Made by a program: the position numbers and the translations under genes. The notes beneath the pieces are model-generated. The model was not told the origin of the DNA, did no database searches, and saw only the letters and a list, made by a program, of their open reading frames with translations. This document shows, piece by piece, positions 1 through 12,116 of a stretch of 64,000 nucleotides of DNA; position 1 is the stretch's first letter; every line of letters starts with the position of its first letter. The stretch is from NCBI RefSeq assembly GCF_001194135.2, contig NC_068986.1, forward strand, positions 109,405,304 through 109,469,303, in the 5' to 3' direction. The DNA comes from Octopus bimaculoides (lineage: Eukaryota).

Positions 1-9
1 ATTCTTTAC

Positions 10-195
10 CATTTTTAGACAATTCAGTTCATAGGAATTATGAGAAGACGTCTTTTGTTCTCGGCCAACTTCGGAAACCAGTCTCATGATAGTCTCCCGG
101 CTTGCTTTACTTTCCATTTCACTGTTGTTCAACATTTCAGTCAATGTAATCAACTTCCCACGAAGCATTGCGTTCTCTTGAAAAGTATCTGAAAG
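10..195 (-). CDS. CCDC170: CCDC170 exon (phase 0-0), LSDTFQENAMLRGKL...EMESKASRETIMRLVSEVGREQK...NCLKM; gene continues beyond the left edge
   Basis: 186 nt open frame, aag| acceptor and |gtaaag donor. EMESKASRETIMRLVSEVGREQK closely matches the vertebrate CCDC170 motif EMEAKASRETIMRLASEVNREQK (recalled). Confidence 0.9.
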
Positions 196-1462
196 CTTTT
201 TCACAAAAAGGAAAAATTGGAATAAAATGCAAAATGCTTTACTGTTCTTACATCAGTGGGTGGGTGGGTGTAGAGCACACACACAGACACACACACGCAC
301 AAACACACACACAAAAACACACACACACACAAATACACACACACATAAACACACACACACAAAAACACACACATGCACACACACACACACATGCAATCAC
401 ACCCACAAACACACACATACACATTCACACTTACACACACACACATCCCAGACTGCACCTTAGAAGGTCTACCATCTGATTACAAAACACTCACTCACCA
501 CTAACCTACCTACACCCTCTGCACCTAAGACATACAGCCTCCTCACTTCACCTTTTCTAATGCTACCTGAACAACTTCATCTAGACAACTTAGTTGATAC
601 AATCTCTACTCAAGCACCCCTAACATACCCTTCTCTCCTCATTATATCACTGCTATAATGTTTTGGTCCACATCCAACACCCAGGCCTGTCACGCAGGGT
701 GCAGAAAACGACTCTGACATTCTACAGGTTGACAAACGTTTCAACAACAAATATATGGTATATACCAGTTCAAATCATGGTGGAAATGTATAAAAGAAAA
801 TGGTAATCTGTGAGCTACATGAAGACATCATTAAAATCTGTTTAACCTTCCCAGTGCTACATCGATGGATGCATAAAATATGGGAGGTTTTTCTGCCTCA
901 CCCTGTATTAAACCATTTTGCTCAGTTCTACCTTCCGGAGAACACTAACTCTCTGGAACTTTCTGGAACTCTCTGTCTTATCAACCTTGACAAAATAAAA
1001 TGTAAAGTTGATCTTAGTGGAATATGAATCCAGATTGTGAAGAGCTGAAGAAAATATGTTAAAACGTATTATCCAATGAATATGTTAAAATATATTCCCC
1101 AATGAATCTCCCATGCTTCTGCCCTCAACAATAAGGATCTCTAATATATCCAAGGGTACACATATTGGGACTTTGAGGAATATGCACAAGTAAATTGAAC
1201 TGGTGTTTTTATTGACTGGATTGACAGAAACCAAAGATGACCTGGGCCAGGTTTGAGCTTAAAATATAAAAACTTTGGTTGACCATAGACTATGGTGGAA
1301 GACACATGTCTCTGGTGCTACACACTCAGATTGAAACTGGAACAACATCATTTCAAACGTAAATTTCCCAACCACACATGTATCCAGGTGTTACATCAAT
1401 GTCCAAAATAACAGATAAGTTATGAAGAAAATCAGGTGCAACAAATTTTCTTTAAAGAGTAC

Positions 1463-1613
1463 CTTGGCATAGAATGGTTCCAAATTATCGTAAGATATCA
1501 GAGAACCATCCTGGCTTCCAAGGATGCTGTTGGTCTTTGTTACAAGATCATTGAACTTCATCTGCCAATTCTGACTCTGAGATTCAGCTTGTTCACGTTC
1601 ATCTAGCTGCTTG
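1463..1613 (-). CDS. CCDC170: CCDC170 exon (phase 2-0), KQLDEREQAESQSQNWQMKFNDLV...EPFYAK
   Basis: tatag| acceptor, |gtactc donor, 151 nt; phases fit both neighbours; coiled-coil composition. Confidence 0.85.
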
Positions 1614-1673
1614 CTATAATATAAAGGACAAAAAGGCAACAACAATAATAATAATAATGATAATAATAATAAC

Positions 1674-1724
<51 letters not shown>

Positions 1725-1971
1725 TTATTTCTTTATTGCCCATCGGGGGGCTAAACATAGAGGGGACAACCAAAGACAAAGGGAGTAAGATGGGAAGAAA
1801 GACAGAGAGTAGAAATAAAAATAAAAAATTAAAGATTAAACAAAGAAAATAAAGGGGAAAAAAGTGAGAGAAAATTCACAGTGACAATACTCTTCTCAGT
1901 ACGTGTGACGTAGCGGTTAAGACAATCTTTTGCACTTCCTGCATGGATGGTAAACCAGGGATCATTCTTAA

Positions 1972-2036
<65 letters not shown>

Positions 2037-2051
2037 CATTATCAAGGCATC

Positions 2052-2514
2052 CAGCCGGCAGAATCGTTAGCATGCGGGACGAAATGCTTAGCAGTATTTC
2101 GTCTGCCGTTACGTTCTGAGTTCAAATTCTGCCAAGGTCGACTTTGCCTTTCATCCTTTCAGGAGCAATTAAGTACCAGTTACACACTGGGGTCGATGTA
2201 ATCGACTTAATCCCTTTGTCTGTCTTTGTTTGTCCCCTCTATGTTTAGCCCCTTGTGGGGCAATAAAGAAATAAATATTTATGATGAAGGTGGCGAGCTG
2301 GCAGAATCATTAGCGGGCCGGGCGAAATGCTCAGCAGTATTTTGTCTGCTGTTGGGTTCTGAGTTCAAATTCCACCGAGGTCGACTTAGCCTTTCATCCT
2401 TTCGGGGTCGATAAATTAAGTACCAGTTACACACTGGGGTCGATGTAATCCACTTAATCCTTTTGTCTGTCCTTGTTTGTCCCCTCTATGTTTAGCACCC
2501 TGTGGGCAATAAAG
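2052..2514 (+). mobile_element. Two tandem copies of tRNA-derived SINE family A (2052-2274, 2288-2514)
   Basis: Head ggcgagctggcagaa...ctgagttcaaattc (A/B boxes), central gcctttcatcctttcggggtcgataaattaagtacc block, aataaagaaataa tail; many copies elsewhere in the window. Confidence 0.85.
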
Positions 2515-2659
2515 TATTAAATATCATCTACTGACCAGAAAGATAAAAAATAAAAAAATGGAGAACAGACTGTGATGGATGGAATGCCTTTGAATTTTCC
2601 AAATCAGGATAGACTCGGGGCTAAACAAAAATAATAAAAATAACAATAATCATTCTTAC

Positions 2660-2916
2660 CGAAGTCTTGCTTCAAGATCCAGAATCTTATCTTGGAGTTC
2701 TCTGTTATCTTTTTGAAAGGTTGATATAGCAATTTCTGCTCTGTTTGAAACAGACTCAAACTTATTGCTGCGATTCTCCAGTTCTTGAAAAGATTGCTTC
2801 AGAGTCTGAATTGTTTGCAATAAGTTGTTTTCTGTAGTTTTGCTAATGTCCAGTTGGTTTTGTAATTCTTTAATTTTCATATCCTTTTCATCCACATGGC
2901 TTCCATAATCCCGTAA
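2660..2916 (-). CDS. CCDC170: CCDC170 exon (phase 0-2), LRDYGSHVDEK...NRAEIAISTFQKDNRELQDKILDLEARL
   Basis: ctcag| acceptor, |gtaaga donor, 257 nt; heptad coiled coil similar to the CCDC170 N-terminal coil. Confidence 0.9.
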
Positions 2917-3157
2917 CTGAGTAAAAATTGAATGCAGCATCATATAGATAGTATGTATCTATACATTGGGCGATGTAAACTAAATATGTTTAACACTGGT
3001 GACTAGTGGTTGCTATAACAAGGTGTGTGCTACCATTGCTGAACTTATTACTCTGGCATACAAAGTAACATACCAAATCACTTATTAATTTACCAATCAT
3101 GTTTTCCTAGCCTTTAAGTAAACAATTGTTCAATATTTGCCATGATACAAAAATAAC

Positions 3158-3767
3158 GGATCTTTTTTAAAACGGGGGCCACATTTTTCATTAACGAAAC
3201 ACTTTGAAACTTGGAACACTGGTAGAATGTGTCGTATAAAACATCTTTTTCTCTTAGTCGTCTTAAAAAAAAAGAAATCCCTAAGTTATTCCATGTTAAA
3301 GTTGTCATATTTCTGTAATTTCAACCAATCACTGACGTCCATTCAGCCAATATACATTAAGTGCTGACTACACAAACAAACGATTCTGAAACAATTCTAT
3401 CGGTGATAGGGTTAGGGTTAGGGTTAGGGTTAGGGTAAAACAGCAAATTTAAAAAGAAAAAAGAAAATAAAACGAAGAAAAAAAAAAGAAAATGAAAAGA
3501 GCAAATTTAAAATGAAAAAAGCAAATAAAACGAAGCTATGGCTTAATCAGCCAAAGGAGTAAATATAAACAACTGAATACTTGTCAGTGATTGGTTGAAA
3601 TTATCGAAATAAGACAATTTTTTACATGAAATAAATTTGAATACAAAAATATTTTTCTGTTCTATAACACAAAATAGATAAGTATACGAAGTTTGAAAGT
3701 CTTTCCGTACCAAAAACACTACGTAAAACATTAATGAAAAATGTGGCCCCCGTTTTAAAAAAGATCC
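3158..3767. mobile_element. 610-bp MITE with perfect 37-bp TIRs, 8-bp TSD AAAATAAC and internal (TTAGGG)4
   Basis: TIR GGATCTTTTTTAAAACGGGGGCCACATTTTTCATTAA; TSDs at 3150-3157 and 3768-3775; empty paralogous site at 10358-10365. Confidence 0.9.
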
Positions 3768-4789
3768 AAAATAACTGATACTCTTGAACAAGTGTAAACA
3801 TTGCCAGGAATGGTGTTGTGGCACTGGAGCACCTGAATGGCATCTCATGAACAGGCGACAGAAAACAACGAATAAACATTACAAACTCTATGTAATACGA
3901 CTTTAAGCTGACTTTACCTTTATCACTGTATGTGTATTATTGGATATAAAAACAGATAACAACCAGATTATATTATGATACAATAACAGCACAATTTTTA
4001 AAAAGAAAATTTCCCCCTTTTTTTGCTTATTTAGCAGCCTGGAATGAACTCCCATCTTAATTTTCATCATTATAAAGTTGGTGTTTGGAACTAAATAAAA
4101 CGTTCTTACATAATATAATCATGGAAGGTGTTAGTTAAAATGTGCACACTTTAAAATAAAGTGTTTTGCAACTCTGAATCAGAAACTACCTTAGGCAGAT
4201 GGGTAACAAAATTGTTAAATATTTTAGTGAGTAAATAGAAATTGTTGTAATTTGAAAGTCAATTCCATCAGGACCCTGTAACAAACAATTGATCATGCTA
4301 GTCTTATTAAGCTTTGCCTCAATTCGTTCGCAAAAAAGAACTTTCAAAACTTACAGTTCTAAAAGAGAACATTACAACAAACAAGAGATTTTGGTCAGTT
4401 GCTGCGGAATGTAATTAGGCTTAAATCATTGGATACTCTTTTACTCTTTTACTTGTTTCAGTCATTTGACTGTGGCTATGCTGGAGCACTGCCCTTAGAT
4501 GAGCAAATCGACCCCATGTGGTTGGTAAGCAAGCTACTTACCACACAGCCAGACATTATCTTTTGTCTGAGAGCAAGGAAGACAGATAAAGTAAAGTGGA
4601 ATTGTCACTTGAGCTGCAGACAAGTAAATACCTGAGAGTCCAGTGCCAGGACATTTAAGTTCTACGCTCCACATGGCAACTGCACCAAGCAGACTTTCCT
4701 GAAATGGTGCCAACACCATTTGCCATGACCATCGCTGGTTTCTTTGATTCTGAATTTTACATGACATTGAAATAAAGTTGTATCCGTAC

Positions 4790-4885
4790 CTGAGATGCCA
4801 ATTTCTCATTTTTGATTTGGAGGTTGGCAAGTTCTGAATGTGTTCGGTCAAGTTTCTGTTGCTCAATCTGTGAAAGACTACTAGT
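4790..4885 (-). CDS. CCDC170: CCDC170 exon (phase 0-0), TSSLSQIEQQKLDRTHSELANLQIKNEKLASQ
   Basis: ttctag| acceptor after a pyrimidine tract, cag|gtacgg donor, 96 nt; resembles the ARSELAATLVKFE segment. Confidence 0.85.
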
Positions 4886-5090
4886 CTAGAACAGAAGGAT
4901 AGAGAATACATAAATGGTGTTAATGATTCAACTAAATAATGGTAAATGAGTGAAAGCATTAATATAAAGAGGGCGGAAATATAACTTTAAACTTATTGGT
5001 ATAATAATAAAAGCAGTTTGTAATTGCCTTTAGTTAAATAATAAATGTCGTTAGGTATAAATCACTTAGAGAAAATGGAATATTACTTAC

Positions 5091-5148
5091 AACATAAGAG
5101 TCAAAATATTTACTTGGAGACTTTAATACATGAGCAGCATCATCAACA
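5091..5148 (-). CDS. CCDC170: CCDC170 exon (phase 2-0), VDDAAHVLKSPSKYFDSYV
   Basis: ttccag| acceptor, |gtaagt donor, 58 nt; phases fit both neighbours. Confidence 0.75.
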
Positions 5149-5643
5149 CTGGAAGAAGATAAACAAAAAATAATTGGAAATGCTAATTAGATATTGCTTC
5201 ATTAAATATTCTACTCATTATATTTTAATTTTCATGGAGAGGGGGGTGCTGCCGCCAGTTTTCTTACATGTTTCAAATTGCGATATTTTACAGTTAAATG
5301 CTTTTAGCCTTTACTTCTATTGCCTGGCTGTGAATGGTGTAAGGAGTAGTTTTTCCAACAAGTTGAGTCTTATCTTTGCAATAATAAGGTTTGATCTCAT
5401 GACCAGCTGTTCCATAACCACACAATCATTGTAGCCTCTGGAGTACAATAATCATAAAAGTAACTTTCGGGCAACAATTTGAAATAATATGTGATCTAAT
5501 GATTCTATTGTTTGAAATTCAATCAGGTTTGGACGTTAATGACTGATAAAAAAAATAATACTGAATTTCATCATATGTAAACAAACATAAGTTTATTTTT
5601 GAAATGTATTGTAGAGCAAATAGAAAGATATACTTTTTTCAAC

Positions 5644-5863
5644 AGGTGTAGGAGTGGCTGTGTGCATAGGTGCAGGAGTGGCTGTGTGCATAGGCGCAGG
5701 AGTGGCTGTGTGGTAAGTAGCTTGCTTACCAACCACATGGTTCCGGGTTCAGTCCGACTGCATGGCACCTTGGGCAAGTGTCTTCTATTATAGCCTCGGG
5801 CCGACCAAACCCTTGTGAGTGGATTTGGTAGACGGAAACTGAAAGAAGCCCGTTGTATATTTG

Positions 5864-5896
<33 letters not shown>

Positions 5897-6104
5897 ATAT
5901 GTTTGTGTGTCTGTGTTTGTCCCCCCAACATCGCTTGACAACCGATGCTGGTGTGTTTATGTCCCTGTAACCTAGTGGTTCAGCAAAAGAGACCGATAGA
6001 ATAAGTACTAGGCTTACAAAAAGTAAGTCCTGGGTCACTTTGCTTGACTAAAGGCAGTGCTCCAGCATGGCCACAGTCAAATGACTGAAACAAGTAAAAG
6101 AGTA
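5644..6104 (+). mobile_element. tRNA-derived SINE family B (CORE-like), with a triplicated 5' motif
   Basis: ggagtggctgtgtggtaag...gggttcagtcc head, ggcaccttgggcaagtgtctt CORE-like block, aagtaaaagagta tail; other copies near 15940-16270, 54385-54790, 62525-62935 and 63315-63650. Confidence 0.85.
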
Positions 6105-6120
6105 CATAAATAATGAACAG

Positions 6121-6484
6121 TATATGTAAAGGATAAAATCCTTTTAAGTGCAGAAAATCCTAACCCAGCAACCAACCATGAGGATCGAATTCACACCCCT
6201 CCAATATCCAGTTGGAGTGCTCTACCCTTCAAGCTAAGTTCTACAATACATTTCAACACTTCAAAACTAACTAATGTTTGTTTACATATGACATAATCTA
6301 TATGACATCTATTGTTTCTGGATGACTTTATAACTTCTAAAATTGCAGAAGAATTCACTGGTTGGCAGTTTAGCTTAAAAGGTAGAGCACACCAACCGGA
6401 TATAGGAAGGGTGTGAGTTCGATCCTCATGGCTGGTTGCCGGAAAATTTTTCTGCTCTTAAAAGATTTTTATCCTTTATATATA
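6121..6484. mobile_element. Head-to-head inverted pair of a short tRNA-derived element (6121-6237 minus, 6370-6484 plus)
   Basis: A box tagcttaaaaggtagagc, B box gagttcgatcc; the two arms are diverged reverse complements around a spacer of about 130 nt. Confidence 0.7.
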
Positions 6485-6898
6485 CTGCTCGGTATTTACA
6501 TGTTGAAAAAAATATATATTGTTCTACAATACTGAATTCGTTTTTGATCAGATGTTAATTGTTTCTGTTATTTTAGTAAAATAAAACTAAGTAGTAAAAT
6601 TAACTAATTAATTAATTTGATAATAATGTTTTTGTGACAACAACTAATTCCGTTTCATGGTTGAATAGTTTGTGAATCACATCATCCATGTGGAACATCT
6701 AACTACATCTCATATAATTTGACCCGTATCATTGATAAACATCACATGCCTAAACATGTGTGTAACGATATCCCCTGTATTGATTATAGACTTGCAGGAT
6801 TGGTTGCATGCTAAACTCACTTGAGCTGAACCTTTCTAAACATCTAACATTGTACATCAAGCAAATTCTTCTGTCGCATAAGTTTCTATTGGACTTAC

Positions 6899-6969
6899 CT
6901 CGTCAATTGTTGAATGAGATTGTCCTTCTTTGCCATTTCTTCTTTGAAAGATTTCAGCTGCTCTTGCAA
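6899..6969 (-). CDS. CCDC170: CCDC170 exon (phase 0-2), LQEQLKSFKEEMAKKDNLIQQLT
   Basis: tttctag| acceptor, ag|gtaagt donor, 71 nt; coiled-coil peptide. Confidence 0.8.
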
Positions 6970-7142
6970 CTAGAAATATGCATTTTTAGAACATTTATGC
7001 AACTTCAAAAATAACAAACATTAGTTACAAAGTAAAAAAATTAACTCACAATATTGTAAATATTGAAATAAATTGATTTCATTTGAAATTCTATAAGTTT
7101 TCAACAGTGATTTAGCACCGACAGCTAGCAAGGCCAAGCTAC

Positions 7143-7304
7143 TCCAGAATGATGAAGAGCAACAACCCTCAAATTGTTCTATATTTAAGAGATGAGGAAT
7201 TATGTACATTATTTACATTATTTACATTTGACAGGCATATCGCGTAGTGGTTAAGAGCATGGGGCTACTAACCCCAAGATTCTGAGCTCGATTCCAAGCA
7301 GTGA

Positions 7305-7369
<65 letters not shown>

Positions 7370-7720
7370 TCGAAAAATAACTTAGGAATGAGAACCCAGG
7401 TTCGAAATTTCCCCAAGACACCTGATGAAGGCTGGAGGGTATATCAGCCAAAATGTTGTGCTTACAACAAAAATGATGAGAACAAATATTCGATAAATGT
7501 AAATAATGTAAATAATGTAAATAATGAACCCTGAAACTAGTCTCTGGATGCTGGCTTTGTTAGGTAGGGGTGCTTATCTCTCTTGTTTGAAAACTTAAGG
7601 ACACAGAACACTTGTGTCAAGTAGCCAACTAGAAACGGTGTTTCCTGGGGCTAAATAGCAGTAGCATTCTTCCCTTTCTTAGGACTGCCACATTGAGTTG
7701 GCAACAAACCGATTACATTG
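7143..7720 (+). mobile_element. Repeat family F (hammerhead-headed), interrupted by a family D SINE
   Basis: Hammerhead 5' half at 7143-7170 and 3' half at 7533-7548; body 7549-7720 aligns by eye with 23835-23995. Confidence 0.65.
7177..7526 (+). mobile_element. tRNA-headed hammerhead SINE (family D): inverted 3' tail 7177-7232 plus forward copy 7233-7526
   Basis: Head ggcatatcgcgtagtggttaagagc...gagctcgattcc, (AAT)n, degenerate hammerhead at 7417-7462, (AATGTAAAT)n end; homologous to 51763-52305. Confidence 0.85.
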
Positions 7721-8112
7721 TAAGTATTATTAATTTTAAAAGTTAACAAGTGAAATGGATAAGTTATTGAACCCGTGGGTTAAAAACTTTATATCACTGG
7801 TGTTTCTTCAGTAGCTGAAATAGAATAGTATCCAATCTTGTATTTTCTTGTTTCTTCCTTACTTAATCCTACAAAATCTAGGATTGAGAATTGGTCTTAT
7901 GGATTATTATAAGTCATGAAAGGCTTAATTCCTCTTTTAATGTGATTAACTAATCAGTACCTTTATCGTGACAATCTATCAACATGTAACTCATTGTAAA
8001 ATGTAAACACCTTATATAAAATGTGATCTAATTAGTAACAGTCCAGTCATTAACGATATGATCCCATTAGTAATCATCCTTGTCCATGTGAATATGCTTG
8101 TTTCGTTTATAT

Positions 8113-8424
8113 ATCATCATCATCATCATCGTTTAACGTCCACCTTCCATGCTGACATGGGTTGGATGGTTTGACTGGGGACTGGTGAGCCAGAAGGCTA
8201 CACCAGACTCCAATCTGATCTGGCAAAGTTTCTACAGCTGGATGCCCTTCCTAATGCCAACCACTCCGAGAGTGTAGTGGGTGCTTTTACATGCCACAGG
8301 CACGAGGGCCAGTAAGGCAGTACTGGCAATAGCCACGCTCAAATGGTGTTTATTACGGGCCACCTGCACAGGAGCCAGTCCATTGACACTGGCTATGACC
8401 TCGCTCGAATGTTTTTTCACGATC
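8113..8424 (-). mobile_element. Family C repeat with an RTE-like (GAT)n tail
   Basis: catcatcgtttaacgtcc...ccatgctggcatgggttgga end; further copies near 16980-17280, 25120, 27720, 31300-31570, 37330-37720, 39300, 40670-40900, 43480, 44810, 46005, 48180-48540, 53880-54270 and 58250. Confidence 0.8.
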
Positions 8425-8552
8425 ATGCTAGAAAACTAAATTATTTTCCAAACGCAATCTCGTACAAATCTTTTATAAAGACTTAAGGAGGATATTTTGC
8501 TATAGTTTATTGACAGTTTATCCAGGAAGACATAAGTGATTTTTGGGAGTTA

Positions 8553-8606
<54 letters not shown>

Positions 8607-8608
8607 AA

Positions 8609-9130
8609 ATGCCCTGATGCAGTACCAGACAGTGGCTCTCATGGCTTCTGATCTTAATTGATTGGAAGTGTTATCATGTACGTTGTTTTGTCTTGGTATA
8701 AAAGATGGGCTACAGCAAATATTCTGCTCAATACCACAGATTTGCTTGTCAGTTGTTTGACCTTAACCAGTTGAGCATGTCCCTTGGTGGCTGGTGATAT
8801 GTGCATCTCTGATCATGAGCAGGAATTCTTTACGGTTTGGATAATTCAACTTTGGAAACATGGGTGTTTCTTTCAACATCCTCAAACAACCCTTATTCAC
8901 GGACATCTTGAGTGAGGTGGGCTACTCGACCTGAAAAAAATTCTAACTGGGCCCCACCTGCGAGGTCATGCGCTGTTTATCTTGATATGAGATCACCATG
9001 TCATGCACATATGGCTGTGATGCATGTGCCTGGTGTACCCTTATCAGACGGGTAGTCATGATGGGTATACTGGGCTTCGTATATTTTACCCCAGTGTCAC
9101 TTTGATGGCATGCACTGCTCTCTCACTCAA
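8609..9130. mobile_element. Family E interspersed repeat (about 520 bp), bounded by (AAT)n; reverse copy at 38568-38901
   Basis: The two copies are clear reverse complements over about 330 bp. Confidence 0.75.
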
Positions 9131-9152
9131 TAATAATAATAACAATAATAAC

Positions 9153-9208
<56 letters not shown>

Positions 9209-9280
9209 CTTGTTTTATTGGCCACAAGGGCTAATATAAATTAAAAACAATGTAAGGACAAAGACAGGACGAAGGTTACA

Positions 9281-9366
<86 letters not shown>

Positions 9367-10262
9367 TAATAGCAATAATAGTAGTAGATGTGGCATTTCT
9401 GTTTCTATTGTGAGGATTAGAAATGTAAGTGAAGTCTAAAGCAAATTCAAAAAATAGTTTTCGTGTCCACGTTTGCTTATTTATCAAAGCACAACGGAGA
9501 ATGTTGAAACTTAACCAGTTTTACAAACTTTGTGTTCTGGAAGCTCAAATTCGTCCAAATAGAATAGATACTATGTATTTGTTATTAGTTTTATTGAAAC
9601 ACTTTGAAAAATGAGATATTTCCGAGATGAAATGATTTTAATATTTAGTTTTAATTCCTGGCTAGAGATTTTCATTTTGCAGGCATTACTAATAATTTTA
9701 AGGAAAGCATCAACATCCTTATTCACATCCACATAAATTATAAATATAGAATCTGATTATTAGGAGACAAACAGAGCTGAAGCAGTGAATGTATGTCATT
9801 GAAGAAGTTACAAATAGCAGAAAAAGGACTTTGATGAATCTAGCTGATTTATTGATTGACCGACACAATCGACCAATTAGTAAAATGGTTAACTACTTTA
9901 CTAATAATAATGGTTTCAATTTCTGGCACTGGTACTCAGTTTATCAAACCCAAAAGGATGACAGACAAAGTTAACTTCAGCAGAGTTTGGACTCCAAATA
10001 TAGACGGACAAAATGCCACTAAGCATTTTGTATGGCATCTCACCACCTTTAGTTGACTAATAATAATAAAAGAAGTGAAAAAGAACCAGTGTGTGTTTCT
10101 TATTAGTATAATGACCCTACAACAACATCAACAACACTTCATATTTACAATTTCATATAAATCTACAGATTTCTAGCTATGTCAAAAATATACTACAACA
10201 TCTCATGAAAATAACTTATGGAAGAATGAAAACCTTCTTTTGATTTGGATGAAGAACTGTAA

Positions 10263-10461
10263 GGTACCAAACCACTTATTAATTTACCAATCATGTTTTC
10301 CTAGCCTTTAAGTAAACAATTGTTCAATATTTACTCTTGAATATTTGCCATGTTACCAAAATAACTGATACTCTTGAACAATGTAAACATTGCCAGGAAT
10401 GGTGTTGTGGCCCTGGAGCACCTGAATGGCATCTCATGAACAGGCGACAGAAAACAACGAA
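10263..10461 (+). repeat. Duplicate of 3071-3157 plus 3776-3875 without the MITE (empty site)
   Basis: Near-identical sequence with a single AAAATAAC at 10358-10365. Confidence 0.85.
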
Positions 10462-11059
10462 TTAATTTAACAGTTTAGCAGCATACACTGTTTAATGATG
10501 TTTATTGGTGCATTTTTTTTTCAAATTGAAGGAGAGATCAATAAATTCAGATATAAAATTATTGATTTTCAATTCTACATATTTCTAAACATTTGAAATA
10601 ATTCTTCAGCTAAAGCATCACCATAAACACTCCTACAATATTACTTAGTTTAGGAATTCATTTCCTTTGTGTCAAATTGCCACCCCCACCTCTCTCTCCC
10701 ACCTACCTGAGAGACCCACCTAATTAGATCTGTTGTAATGAAGTCAAAAGGACTTCTGGATATTGATATTTTTTTTATTTCACTCAATGAAGACACAGAC
10801 CCATAGCTTTTATGGACCTTCTCAGACCAGAGATACCAACATGTCTGACCTTCAGTATAAATAAAGCCCTGCAGGTCTCCTTCAGTGGCATTATTTGCAA
10901 AATATCCCAGTTGCAATTATCATATATGGGGATACATAATCCCTTGGTCCCTCTCCAATTGTGGATGAAACTCAGGATAAGGGAATCTATTGAGTCTTTT
11001 TTGTTTACCTTTTAGTCAGAAGGGATGTCAGTGCCCATACTTCTTTAGGGAGCGTCTGA

Positions 11060-11121
<62 letters not shown>

Positions 11122-12116
11122 AGCGAGAGAGAGATCCTCGAAGCAAAGACTTGGCCCAAACATCATCACTAGTACCCTGGGTACTTGCAACAGACTGGAC
11201 TCTATTAAAAGCCCCCACGGTGCCAGGGATGATGTTTAACGAGGTGTTTGAACTTTCTCTTCTAAGACCATGAATGTTATGAATGAAATATAATAATCAT
11301 AATCAGAGATGAAAACAAAATTACGGACTTGGCTTGAATGGAGCTCGGCTTCCATTTCACAGAACAAACACAAAGGTAAAACAGTCATTATTTAGAATTT
11401 AATCGCATTTGGAAGTTTAAAAAGTTGGCAATCCTTCGTTATTGGTACACGATGTCATTCACCCACACAACCTTCCCTCGTGACATAGGTAAAGAGTCTA
11501 GGCTAAAAAAGAAGTGAATGACATCGTCTCCTTATAACGACACTCTGTAGACCAATACTGAAAGAATGCTAAAAAGTTAAATACAGTGTCATTTTGTGAA
11601 GTATTATTTCCAGCTCTTTTTTCCTTGTTTTTAAAACCAGTTTTCTTTTTATTTTCAGTGTTTACAATTTCGCTAACATATTATTTACATTTACTAATAC
11701 AAAAGTTCTCTCCAAAAATAATTATTTTTATTACATTTCCATTCATAAAATACATAATCTTCTTAAGTGGCTGAAATCTTGTTCAGGCTATAAACTCAAG
11801 ACTCGTGGAAGAAGGAAATATGTTTATAACGAACAGACATGCCATCACTTGTACGTGTATGGCCGAGTGAAACATTTATGTCTGCATTCATCGACGGTTC
11901 ATGTTAACCATAGTTACTAAAGATAAAATCATGAGAGATAAACATCGATTTGATTTCCACCCATAAACCTTCACACATACTCACACGCGCAAAAAAGAGA
12001 CAAAATCAATATGGAAGCCCAAAACTGCTTTTCGAAGTTCATAGGATATTTACAAGAATTGGGCCTGATTTTAGTAAGAAAAAGAACACACTTGACATAC
12101 AAAAATATGGACTCAC

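Noticed and set aside
168-479. HT-rich, CV-rich and poly-N/I/L/Y ORFs here and throughout (for example 55251-57112)
   Set aside because: They are translations of microsatellites or run through N gaps.
6370-6445. Genuine tRNA gene
   Set aside because: No proper acceptor stem; it has a shared non-tRNA tail and a diverged inverted twin, so it was treated as a SINE-like head.
7683-7719. Apparent plus-strand exon (cttag|...|gtaagt)
   Set aside because: It lies inside repeat family F, homologous to 23960-23995, and has no partner exons.
10650-10916. 88-aa minus-strand ORF inside the first CCDC170 intron
   Set aside because: No convincing acceptor/donor pair, no coiled-coil character, and flanking exons already join in phase.
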